Assembly (NCBI GenBank): GCA_951406725.2
Contig: OX597821.1
Span: 58,404,001-58,468,000 of the forward strand
DNA length: 64,000 bases
Source: Octopus vulgaris
Lineage: Eukaryota
Direction of reading: 5' to 3'
The translations under genes and the position numbers were made by a program. Under the pieces are notes generated by a model that worked only from the letters and a program-made list of their open reading frames with translations, did no database searches and was not told where the DNA came from. Positions 40,576 through 52,174 of the stretch are shown piece after piece; position 1 is the first letter of the stretch; every line of letters starts with the position of its first letter.

Positions 40576-40768
40576 CTGAATCAACCTCTACACTATAAGC
40601 TGGAATTTTCATGTCATATGCTTCACACACAATACTTTCCTTGAATGTTGGACGTAGGAAAACATTTTTGTAGTCGATTATACTAGAGCGTTTCTTAGAT
40701 TTTTCTACAGGGCCTGAAATTAGCGGGCGAGTTGCTTGTGTATAAAGGAAACGTTGCGTGCTATTCAT
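40576..40768 (-). CDS. Uncharacterised minus-strand gene, first coding exon
   Basis: Long polypyrimidine tract and cag acceptor (exon starts 40801), in-frame stops upstream of ATG 40768, donor TCAG|gtaaat, phase 1. MNSTQRFLY...EVDS. Confidence 0.65.
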
Positions 40769-41212
40769 AGTTCGTCAATAATTAATATATCTCATTCACA
40801 TCTGCAGAACAGAAATAAAGAAATGGAACAGATGAGAGAGAAATAAAACAAGAGAGAGAGAGAGAGAGAGAGTAAAAAGAGGAAGAGAGAACAAAGGGAA
40901 TAAGTGGAAAGGGCTTTGAAAGCACGATTCGATATCGATCCTATTTGTAATGCTTCGATTACTAAAAATAATCCCACCTCAGAAACCTTTTGATAGGCAC
41001 AGATACGGCTGTGCGGTTAAGAAGCTCACTTGGGAGCTCAGTCCCCTTAGACAAGTGTCTTCTGCTATAACCCTGGACTGATTTATGCCTTGTGAGTTAA
41101 TTTGATAGCTGGAACTGTGGGTCGTATAACATATATATCTATATGCATACGTGTATTCGTGTCAGTGTTTGTTCCCACCAACATCACTACCACCACTTGA
41201 CAGACAGTATTG

Positions 41213-41708
41213 GGTAATTGTTCAGTTTAGTTATATAAAAATTAAGGGGCAGATAAGTAGTTCGGTGGCATAAAGAGTCTCGAGGAAGTGTTATTTGGTC
41301 GAAGTACCTGACCGCACAGAAGAAACTTTAACTGAGCTGATACAAAGGTAGATTTTGCCTGTGTCTCACACAATCAGCGATGGATGACGAACATTGGTAT
41401 CCTCAATGGTGGTGCCTACAACAACATTTTGTTGATCCTCATGATCAAGACGTCCACACAAAATGTGGAAAATATGTTAATGCAGGTGAAACGGAAGTTG
41501 AGACGACAGTTTGGGACATGGGACGAATTGTTTGTTTCATATCTGTATGAGTTTCTCTGGTGTAATTCCACTGAGAAAAAGAAGACATTTGTTCACTTTC
41601 TGGCGGTGATCGCCAGTCTTTATGCTGTATAAAACGCAAGCTGCTTCTTTTACTACTCATCTCCCCTTAATTTTATTTCTTTTTATTCTACTAAACTGAA
41701 CAATTACC
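41213..41708 (+). mobile_element. Internally deleted Merlin (IS1595-like) transposon inserted in a SINE
   Basis: TIRs ggtaattgttcagtttagt, exact 8-bp TSD CAGTATTG. Remnant STQNVENMLMQVKRKLRRQFGT...FVSYLYEFLW is the Merlin/ISXO2 transposase C-terminus. Confidence 0.8.
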
Positions 41709-42061
41709 CAGTATTGTTTTGTTTACATCCCTGTAAATTAGAGTTTTAGTAAAAGAGATGGATAGAATAAGTACTAAACTTTAAAAAAAAACTTTTTAAA
41801 CATTAAAAGAAACCCAGCGGTTGATTTGTTAGATTAAAATCTTTTAACGCGGTGTTCCAGCTTGGCCGTGGTCGAATGATTGAAATAAATGACAGGCAAA
41901 GAAATTAAATGTGCTTTCTTCTCTTGAAACTAAAAAGTTTAATAGCAGTGTTCCTACAAAAATTAATCCCTTCTCGAGTCTCTAGGAGCCACAGCGTAAG
42001 TACTCATCACCAATTTCATATAGCATTAAGCATATGAGATACAAACATTTTCACAGAGTAT

Positions 42062-43182
42062 GGCGGCGAGCTGCAGAAACGTTAGCACGCCGGGCGAAAT
42101 GCTTAGCAGTATTTCCTCTGCTGCTACATTCTGAGTTCAAATTCCACCGAGGTCGACTTTGCCTTTCATCCTTTCGGGAGCGATTAAATAAGTACCAGTT
42201 ACGCACTAGGGGTCTTTTCCTTTAGAAAGGCAATTTCTAGTCACCTAAACACATTTAAACTTCGTATACTGGTAGAATGTGTTTATAAAACATCATTTTT
42301 TCTTGGCTTTATTGAGAAAATTCTATAGTTTGTAAGATATTTCCACTTTAATTTTGAGCATTTCGGCAATTTTAACCAATCGCTGACCTCCATTTGGGGT
42401 GAAAACATTCCGTGCTGTATGAATATGTCCCTCGTTTAAGAAACAGATTGGGTTTATTTACATTTGCGAAGTAAAAAAGATACCCTTCCCCAACCCCTAA
42501 CCCTAACCCTAAAACAGATTGAAATGCAATAGATCGATACTTGGGTTATAATTATGGGTGACATTTTCATACGACAACGCTACGGAAAATGGGATTTTTT
42601 TCTAGCGGTATCAAATGAAAATGTCACCCATAATTATAACCCTAGTATCGATCTATTGCATTTCAATCTGTTTTAGGGTTAGTGTTTAGTTAACTAGAAA
42701 TTGTGTTGACATGTGCCGTTCAAAATGAAAAGATCCCGCACTGGGGTCAATATAATTGACTTAATCCGTTTTTGTCTGTCCTTGTTTGTCCCCTCTGTGT
42801 TTAGCCCCTTGTGGGTAGTAAAGAAATAGGTATTTCGTCTGCCGCTACGTTCTGAGTTCAAATTCCGCCGAGGTCGACTTTGCCTTTCATCCTTTTGGGG
42901 TCGATTAAATAAGTACCAGTTACGTACTTGATCGATATAATCGACTTAATCCGTTTGTCTGTCCTTGTTTGTCCTCTCTGTGTTTAGCCCCTTATGGGTA
43001 GTAAAGAAATAGATATTTCGTGTGCCACTACGTTCTGAATTCAAATTCCCCGAGGTCGATTTTGCTTTTCATCCTTTCGGGTGTCGATAAATTAAGTACC
43101 AGTTGCGTACTGAAGTCGATCTAATCGACTGGCCCCCACCTCCCACAAAATGTCGAGCATTGTGTCTAGAGTAGTAAAGAAT
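42062..43182 (+). mobile_element. SINE (family 4) with three tandem internal units, interrupted by a MITE
   Basis: ttctgagttcaaattccgccgaggtcgactttgcctttcatcctttcgggg x3. The same family occurs at 28600-28690, 44600-44850, 50130-50310, 52540-52985 and 55388-55526. Confidence 0.75.
42210..42736. mobile_element. Merlin-like foldback MITE
   Basis: TIRs gggtcttttc / gaaaagatcc, TSD CGCACTAG/CGCACTGG (7/8), internal inverted repeat. Confidence 0.7.
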
Positions 43183-43631
43183 ATTTTCAAAAAGTTACTG
43201 TCATTAACTTTTCCTTGTAAAGGAAATGGAAGTTAGAATCTTTCATTAAATACAACAGCATTTACTTTGACGTGGCGGACAAGGAAGATGTTGATAAATA
43301 AATGTCTTGGTCACAGATACAACGTATAACGAGGCTTAGATTTGAATAAAAGTACTCAAATCGTTATTCTGGTTGATGGCCAAGCCAAAACAAATAGGCG
43401 GAGTTGCAATATCAGTTGGCATGAACTTATGGTTTCGGAGGTTTTCTAAAAAATTTTGACAGAAGCAATTGATAAAGAATCACCTGTTTACACACACACA
43501 CACATATATAGAATACAAAAAAATGGGACAAGAAGGGTATCTTTTTTTCTTCGCAAGAACGCAAAACATCAAGACAGATGATACAAAAAATGGACAAGAA
43601 AAAACAAGGACGGATCATTCAGAGTTTTCTT

Positions 43632-43742
43632 TCATCAGTCGAGTTCCAGATTAGATTTGCAGTTTCGGCTGGTTATACTCGAGACTGCTCCAATCTGGCC
43701 AGCCCCAAGGAAAATCTAAGCTAAAAGCACTAGGTTCCTTGG
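43632..43742 (-). ncRNA. Putative non-circularly permuted hammerhead ribozyme (copy B)
   Basis: Minus strand reads GGCTGG CCAGATTGGA GCAGTC TCGAGT ATAA CCAGCC GAAACTGC AAA TCTAATCTGG A ACTCGA CTGATGA, preceded by a CCAAGGAA/TTCCTTGG hairpin. Confidence 0.6.
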
Positions 43743-43823
43743 ATGAAAGCAGGGAATTTATACGAAAACAAGGACTAATGCAGGACATTAGCAACAGGTG
43801 TCTCTCGACTAAGGACGAATTAA

Positions 43824-43864
<41 letters not shown>

Positions 43865-43873
<9 letters not shown>

Positions 43874-44160
43874 CACGTGACCGACCAGACCATCAGATGT
43901 TGTTACACATCGCTAGTCACAATGCGTTCGCATTGTTTTAGCCTTCAAATGACGCCACCCCGCTGGCTAAGCGAGCAGGCCAACAGAAGAAAGAGTGAGA
44001 GAAAGATGTGGCGAAAGAGTACAGCAGGGATCGCCACCACCCCCTGCCAGAGCCTCGTGGAGCTTTAGGTGTTTTCGGTCAATAAACACTCACAACGCCC
44101 GGTCTGGGAATCGAAACCGCGAGTCCGCTGCCCTAACCACTGGGCCATTGCGCCTCCACA
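43865..44160 (-). mobile_element. tRNA-derived SINE related to 31068-31355
   Basis: Minus strand tggcccagtggttagggcagcggactcgcggtttcgattccc. Body is the reverse complement of 31068-31355. Confidence 0.8.
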
Positions 44161-44187
44161 CACATATACATACATACATACATACAT

Positions 44188-44253
<66 letters not shown>

Positions 44254-45394
44254 GCGCGCGCGCGGCTGTGGTTAAGAAGCTAGTTTTCCAACCACGTGAT
44301 TTCAGTTTCAGTCACTCAGTGCAGTACCTGGTGCAAATGCCTTCCAAGTGAATTTGGTTGTCGAAAACTGTTTGGAAGTTGATTGTGTGTGTGTGCGCGC
44401 GCGCGCAAGTCTATTCCTTGATTCACCGTTTTTTAAACCGCTACAACAAAGGTTTGAACTCAGATTACGTTGAGCAGTCGAAATGAACTCTATACTTTAT
44501 TTAGTTCAGCACTCTACATTTTCAATCACGTCTACTGTCCTAGATATTGATTTCACGCTTTAGCACCGAATCATAAAATTTCCGAGGCGGAATACAGTCA
44601 ATTAAAGGCTACGAGCTCGCAGGATCATTAACACGTTTGATGAAATGCTTAGCGACGTTTCTTCTGAATCTTTTCGTTTTGAGTTCAAATCTCGCTGAGA
44701 GGCATTTCTTTTGCCTCTTCATGTTCTGATTTCAAATCACGCCGAGATCAGTTTTGCCCTTCATCCCTTTGAAGTCCTTAAAATAAAATACCTCAAGTAC
44801 AGGGGTCGATGTACTCGGCTTATCTCTTCTCTTCAAAATTGCTGGCCTTGAAACCCTGTAACTGACTGGTGTCCTATTATGGGGCATGTTGAGATCTCGG
44901 CCACTTATATCTCATGGAAAACGGATAACCAACCTTATGTTTCATAGGCTTCAAAAAAAAAAAAAATCGATTAACATTGATAAGTAATGGCTGATATTTA
45001 CATATACTCGACCCAAAGAATTCGGAAAGCAAAGATATTTAATCTGATATGTTACCGTTTCTATCACTCCACAGTTCTGGCCGCCTTATCTATAGGAATT
45101 CATTACTGTGAAGGAGATTAAAGATGGTAACGCTTCGACTATATGTCTTTTAAATATTCACATACAAACATCCGGTTTTGCCCTTTCAAAACCGGCCAGA
45201 ACTTATTGTTCAATATTCACGATGTTGACCTTTAGTAAGACAATACATCGTATACCTACATGGTACAGAGAATGTAATTGAAAGAAAATCTTGCTATGTA
45301 ACTCTGAAAAGAGAGAGGGCAAAGTTTGAAGTTATTGTTTCTACCAGCTGTTATATGTTATTCGAGATATTTTTGGAATATCGAAGCAGAAAAA

Positions 45395-45934
45395 GGCAAG
45401 ACTTCCGCCCGTGCCCTCCCCCCACCAAACCATCCTTTTCAAAAACTTTTTTTTTTCGACACAAACCTACCTTTTCGGCTAAGGGGAATACGAATCTGCA
45501 AAAAAATTGGCAAAAATCGACATTTCTAAATTACCACCCCCACCCCTATTTCTTTCATTTTTAACTTTTTTCACAATTTTTTTTTCTCAAAATATGCGGG
45601 AAAATACAGAGATTATGATTCTGAAAAAAATTTCCCAAAATCTTTGTAAAATTTTTTTAAAGAATTTTTTCTTTTCTAAATATGCGGAAAAATACGGACA
45701 TCAAGATTCGGACAAAAGGTCAAAACATTTCTGTACTTACGGTTACGGTTTTAGGGTTAGTGTTGCGGAAAAAAGTCAAAATTGAAGAAGTGGGGGGGGG
45801 GGGGGATTTTCACAATGCCGATTTTTGACAATTTTCCCGAACCTCCGTATCCGAAAACGCGATTTTTGGCAAAAGAAATTTAAAAAGTAAACAAATTTGG
45901 GAGAAAATGGGAGGTGACGAACGGAAGTCTTTCC
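45395..45934. mobile_element. Merlin-like MITE
   Basis: TIRs ggcaagacttccg / cggaagtctttcc, exact 8-bp TSD CAGAAAAA. Confidence 0.75.
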
Positions 45935-46910
45935 CAGAAAAATACTGTAAAATAAGTTAGGTATAATTATAAGATTTTTCTTCTACTGTAGATATTTCTA
46001 CTGATATATGTATTTATATGAATACCTCCATCAGTAAAGAGGCTTTGTGCTTCCGGCCAGTATGTCTGATGAGTCATCTATATTGCTTGGTGCAATAGTA
46101 GATGCAAAACTTGTGGTAACTTTCTGACCAGTTATATGCCATAACCAAGTTATATGCCACTACTCGAATACATAAAGGATATAACTGGTCAAAATTTATT
46201 TTGGAGTGTGCTTTTTTCTCTGACTTATGGAGAACTGACCGATATATATATATATATATGAGAAAAAGAAGAAAATGAAGGATGCATTAGGATGCACAAG
46301 CCAGTGGCGAATGCAGGCGTTGCCCTGGCAACATCCTTTCTAACCGCATTGTTGCAAATATAACATTGTTATTATATTTCCAGCAGTTTCACAACATTAT
46401 TGTTTCATAGGTCTATTTGTTACGAATTGCGATTTCCACTTTAATCGTATTTTTTTCAAAACTTTTGGGCAGCACTCCCCAAAAAATCCATGACCGCGCA
46501 CCCCTCTGCAAGCGCACATATCTGAATTTAAGACTGAGTCTATCAATGATCAGCCAATACATTGGGATGTGGTTCTTTTTCTATCAAATTCTTACTCTGA
46601 CGAAATGTTCAATTAACTATATTCAGTATGAATCTTTAATTTAATTTCTCTAATTTGAACATTAATTGAACATGGAAATGATTGTAGGTTCTATGAGTTT
46701 GATATTGTTCGGAATTGAATTAATTTTAATAGATTGATGGCGGAGGTAAAGAATACGTACACCATCCGTTTTCGGTGTAACAAAAAACCTAACCTAAGCA
46801 CTTGATGTGCGTGTATTCTTAACTTTCACCAAATTGATGTCTATATGTCAATTTCTCCGTTTCCTTTTTCTCGTACATAAATGATAATTTACCCATATCC
46901 ATCAATGCGA

Positions 46911-47222
46911 AGTGGAGGCACATGGCCTAGTGGTTAGAGCAGTGGACTCGCGGTCGAGGGACCGCGGGTTCGAATCTCAGACCGGGCGATGTGTGTGTTT
47001 ATGAGCGAATCACCCAAGCTCCACGCGGCTCCGGCAGAAGGTAATGGCGAACCTCTGCTGACTCTTTCGCTACAACTTTCTCTCACTCTTTCCCCTGCAT
47101 ATTGCAGCTCACCTGCGATGGACTAGCGTCCCGTCCAAGGTGGGGAACCTATACGCCAAGGAAACCGGGAAACCGGCCCTATGAGCCAGGTGTGGCTCGA
47201 GAAGGAACAAAAAACAACAACA
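46911..47222 (+). mobile_element. tRNA-derived SINE (family 3), young
   Basis: tggcctagtggttagagcagtggactcg A box, gggttcgaatctc B box, (aac)n tail. Confidence 0.8.
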
Positions 47223-48734
47223 AATTAATGCGAAGCTAACATCTTTTGGTTATTTTTACTAATACACTGGATATAACTGGGAGACTTGGAGGCTTACACC
47301 CATTCAAAAGGAATTTATATAGTTGAATTAATCAAATATATATACGCACGCGCGCACAGATAATGCGCAGAAAACAAGCTGCCTGGATATCAAGTCACTT
47401 TCACTTTTGAACATTCTCTATGAGGTTAGATAAAAAATATAAAGGTTACTATAAATTATGTACTGATATCACAGAAAATAATAAAATCTCTGTGTAGAAA
47501 AGAAAAGAAAACCAAAAAAATTCCTTCTCTTCACGTTTTTCTTCGTAGTTGAGAACTAAAGGTCGAACGTATCAAATGAAAAACGGTTGTGATATTATCA
47601 TATCCCCACTAATTATTTCAATAAAACCGAAGAATATTATTTTGTATGCTAAGGTTTCTTTTATATATTTTTTCTTCTCTGTAGTTTTTTGGCAACGGGA
47701 AGAGGAAACTTTATATATTTTAGATAAAAGCATTAACGATGAACTCGAAGTAGAATGTTAACGACCAGAAAACGAAACTTACTTTTAAATTGATATCTCA
47801 TTTATTTTTCACCTAAGATATGTCATTAAAAAAAAAAAAATTTAACATAGCTAAAATACTTCGTTAGGTTAACAGCTGAAGAAAATTGAATCTTTTCTCA
47901 AAGCCATTATCAGAAACTGAAATCAGGTTAGAGATTCGAGCCGTTGGTCGAAAACATCTGGCTCAGTCGTCAAATGAAACCAGTAAAATTTAGTAATATC
48001 GAATGAATCCATATATGGACAACAGGCGAGATTGAAGCCAAAGCACAAGATAAAAACTTAATCGTTGAAAACTATGATGTGAGACCAGAAATTTTATCAA
48101 ATGAACAAGATAGCAAGAAGAACGCGATGTAAAGAGATGACAAACCATTATAAATACAAAGAAACGTATTTTGTTTTGTAATTCACCTGTTAGCTGAATG
48201 CAGACGACATCTTATAATTAGTGTGTCGATTTAACATCAGTTATTATTTCAATGAGTGGATGATAAATAAATAAACGGGTATAATCATCAAATACGTTAT
48301 TCGTCTGCAAGCTTGTCTGTTACGATGGAAATTAAATGACTGTTGGTATTTGATATTTTTCTTTGATGATTGAAATCTGGTCTTTTTTCTCTTACGTCAC
48401 TTGCTCGGGGAACGCATTTTGAATAAGTTCAACCGAACTACCTCAAGTAACTTTGAACACGTTATCTATTGCTGTGGTTACTGTTACAGAGTCAATCCTA
48501 GCTTCAACAGCTATGGTTTTATATGCTGTAACTGTTATGAAGTTATTTAGTTATGGGATGCAAGTTATTTTGCACTAGGATGCAACATCCTATTCTATTT
48601 ATTTCACTCTTATTTCAGGATTTTGCAAATATTTCAGTTAAAAATTGTTTCATACTGTAGCAGTTAGCACAGCGTTTTTACGTTTTGCTCCGAGTGCGTT
48701 TCAAATAATAGTAAAACTACATGCATACAAATAG

Positions 48735-48775
48735 GTAGATAGATATATAGATAGATAGCCAGACAGACAGACAGG

Positions 48776-48833
<58 letters not shown>
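48735..48833. repeat. (GATA)n microsatellite
   Basis: Direct reading. Confidence 0.9.
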
Positions 48834-48834
<1 letters not shown>

Positions 48835-49297
48835 GAGAGTGCGAGAGAGATATTTTTCTGAATTTATTCACGAAAATAGTCAAAATCTTTTCAAGCAGCG
48901 CCTCAGTTACAGTGGTCAACTAACGATTTCTTCGTGAAACCGTAGGGAACTAGTGATGGTCTATGTTTTTGCAAATAGTAAGTAGAAAAAGTTCACAAAA
49001 TGGAAGAAATGAGAAATGTTTGTCCAAAACATCCGTTTTCTCCTCTTCACGAAAAACTAACATATTCTACTTTGACATAAGACCAACACTTTGTAAGTGA
49101 ATATGGTAGATTCTTCGTCTGTGGTGATAAACAAGCATATAATTAACTATTTCTACTCTGGAAATTAACGTTGATTTGAGTGAATATTCCACAAATACAA
49201 ATTCTAACGCAATTCATAGGCCATTTCAGCGGGATACAATATGACAAGGCGAAATTACAGATACATGATTTAAAAGTAAGACGTACAGACAATTGCG

Positions 49298-50016
49298 GGA
49301 TCTTTTCCTTTTGAACGGCACTTTTCAACACAATTTCTAGTTAACTAAACACTTTTAAACTTCGTATACTGATAGAATGTGTTTATAAAACATCATTTTT
49401 CTTGGCTTTATTGAGAAAATTCTATATGTCGTAACATATTTCGTCTTTAATTTCGAGCATTTCGGCAATTTTAACCAATCGCTGACCTCCATTTAGGTAA
49501 ATAACATTCTGTGCATAATGAATATGTCCCTCCTTTAAGAAACAGAGTGGGTTTATTTACATTTGTGAAGAAAGAAAGATACCCTCCCCCTAACCCTAAC
49601 TCTAAACCTAAATCTAAAATAGATTGAAATGCAATAGATCGATACTAGGGTTATAATTATGGGTGATAATTTCATACGACACCGCTACGGGATATTGGAT
49701 TTTTTCTAGCGGTGTCAAATGAAAATGTCACTCATAATTATGGCCCTAGTATCGATCTATTGCATTTCAATCTATTTTAGATTTAGGGTTAAAGTTAGTT
49801 AGTTAGGGTAAGGGTTGGGGAAGGGTATTTTTTTCTTCACAAATGTAAATAAACCCAATCTGTTTCTTAAAGGAGGGACATATTCATTGTGCACAGAATG
49901 TTATTTACCTAAATGGAGGTCAGCGATTGGTTAAAATTGCCGAAATGCTCGAAATTAAAGATGAAATATGTTACAACATATTATGTTACAAAGTGCCGTT
50001 CAAAAGGAAAAGATCC
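49298..50016. mobile_element. Merlin-like foldback MITE (same family as 42210, partial copy at ~54278-54490)
   Basis: TIRs ggatcttttccttttgaacggcacttt, TSD CAATTGCG/CAATTGAG (7/8), ~260-bp internal inverted arms. Confidence 0.8.
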
Positions 50017-51426
50017 CAATTGAGTCTTAAAAAGGCTGAAAGACAAAGATGACTATGTTTGAGATTTGAAATCAAGAAAGTAGACAGTTGAGTAGTTCAG
50101 AACAAATATTTTTTCCTTTCCGCTATGGACACAAGGCCTGACATTTTAGAGGAGGGGGTTAGTCGATTACATCGACCCCAGTGCTCAACTGGTAGTTACT
50201 TGATCGACTCCGAGAGGATGCGAAATAAAGTCATCTCTGCAGAATTTTAATTCAGACGGACGAAATGTCTAAGTATTTTCTCCTGTGTGCAAATGATTCT
50301 GACAGCTTTTCAATGGTCAAATATTAAAAACATTTGTAACAATACCAACACCAGCATATTTTTTTCCAACACTTTAAACGTTAGTTCTCCCCTCTCAGAA
50401 TATGTAGATAATGTTTCTATTTTTTGTTTGTAAGCTTAAAATATGTTTTTATTAAACATTTATTATTGACAATGCATTCATAAATAAAGTACAGAACTGG
50501 GAGTGGTTATTATCAGTTTAGCCCAAAGACAAGTAAATTCGGCCTAGCCTAGCCAAGAGACAAGTTAATTCGACTTAAGTCGTTTTTTGACTTCGTGTCT
50601 AATTAACGATGTAAGTGAGGAATGCCTATATAGTGATATCCTATCTTTATTATAAGCTATGTGCTGCGCTCTGAAGCAAAACAGCCGATATAAAATCAGT
50701 AGTGAAATACTGAACTAAGTAGAAATTAGTAGATAGTTTAGTGGCCTAGAACAAATAGCTGAAACAATGAACAAATACCAAGAACAAATAGCTGAATCAG
50801 TGAATTATCTCAGAGAGGAAAAATAATATCAGATGTAAGTGAAATAGGTCAAACAAAACGTGTAATGTTTCTTTTGACCGATAAATTATTCAACACAAAT
50901 CGAAAAGATACATTTTTTCGGGTATTCCAGATGATAGTGTTGGTCATCAATTTTGAAGAGATGGCGGCGCTGTAATTTAAAAAGGTATATGGAAAGTTTA
51001 CGTGCTTGAAGTTCAGGTGTTTTTTTTATTTCACTGCAATGTTTGTGAGATTTTATGGAAAAGTTTGAGCTTATCATTAACAAATACAACTGATAAAAAA
51101 AAATTTGTGACATAGATTCAGTGTCACTGATGTCGGAGTGAAATGAGATTGCGATACATTCATATCCTCTTCAAATACCTATTTAGTGAAATAAAATGGA
51201 ATATGAGACGTTTCAGCGCAGCCGTTTTGGCGCCGCTGAGACGCTGGCTTATTTGACATCAGACGTTTTAATGTTTCTTTATCTCTTCCCCGCCTCTCTC
51301 TCTGTTTATGTGTCTGTGTATCTAATTATGTTCTAATTTGTACATGTGTAATGTCTCTCCTTCTCTCTCTCTCTCTCTGTATGTTGCGTGTGTATGTATG
51401 TATGTATATATATATATATGTACATA

Positions 51427-51468
<42 letters not shown>

Positions 51469-51470
51469 GG

Positions 51471-51521
51471 AGCTTCTACAGGACTAGAACTGTTTCATTC
51501 AGATGAAATCTTCAGGAAGCT
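51471..51521 (-). ncRNA. Type I minimal hammerhead ribozyme, mirror copy
   Basis: Exact reverse complement of 51622-51672. Confidence 0.7.
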
Positions 51522-51621
51522 GGCTGTCAAAATAAATACCAACCTACCCAAAAAACGTCCCCCACCACCACTCCATTAAATCTGCCTAAATGCATAAAAA
51601 CCAGAACTTATTTTGACAGCC

Positions 51622-51672
51622 AGCTTCCTGAAGATTTCATCTGAATGAAACAGTTCTAGTCCTGTAGAAGCT
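51622..51672 (+). ncRNA. Type I minimal hammerhead ribozyme (Penelope-like pLTR type)
   Basis: AGCTTC-CTGAAGA-tTTCatctGAAt-GAAACAG-ttctagtc-CTGTA|GAAGCT. Stem I is 6 bp, stem III is ACAG/CTGT with a palindromic CTAG loop, cleavage triplet GUA. Confidence 0.7.
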
Positions 51673-51769
51673 CCTTCTATAAAATAAATTACTTTACTCT
51701 GCTATGTATTGAGTACCTTATTTACTGTGGTTAACCCCGACTCAACCCGGGACCTACACATATATATAC

Positions 51770-51820
<51 letters not shown>

Positions 51821-51826
<6 letters not shown>

Positions 51827-51995
51827 GTATGATGAATTTATGGAATGAAGTTGCATAAATCCCATTAATTTTGTTAAGAATGGAGGAAACAAGTTGTTAA
51901 AATTTATATGGAGTTTTAACAACTTGCTTCCTCCAATCTTAACAAAATTGATGGGATTTATGGAACGAAGTTCCATAAATTCATCAAACATTATA
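51821..51995. repeat. Imperfect ~80-bp-arm foldback
   Basis: tataatgtatgatgaatttatggaa...caagttgttaaaa / ttttaacaacttg...ttccataaattcatcaaacattata. Confidence 0.75.
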
Positions 51996-52139
51996 TACAA
52001 GTACTACTTTCATATCTTCGCAAATTTACGCCTGTAAACTTCCACCAAAGTATGAAGAATCAACATTAGGAATCTTTTTGGAAACCTCCAATTAAAAAAA
52101 CGAATCCACATTCAACCTTTATACACCTATATGTGTGTG

Positions 52140-52174
<35 letters not shown>

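Larger units (their letters stand above)
51462..51681. mobile_element. Inverted repeat (74-bp arms, 72-bp spacer), probable inverted pLTR remnant of a Penelope-like element
   Basis: 51462-51535 is the reverse complement of 51608-51681. The arms carry hammerheads and the element sits between (TA)n tracts. Confidence 0.65.

Noticed and set aside
38623-40768. MAJIN identity for the orphan gene (FLY..TR.L..GP.V.K.K.R and F..F.Y..KW.....I+VK.G resemble the MAJIN N-terminal domain)
   Set aside because: The MAJIN core residues I recall (YKFKI, RVVLGN, PYP) are absent and the downstream exons fit Roc-COR better. Not excluded without a profile search, so no gene symbol is given.
46060-46095. Hammerhead core CTGATGAG
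   Set aside because: No GAAA or compatible stems nearby.
46911-46990. tRNA gene
   Set aside because: It has A and B boxes but no acceptor stem and continues into a SINE body. The same applies to the other SINE heads.
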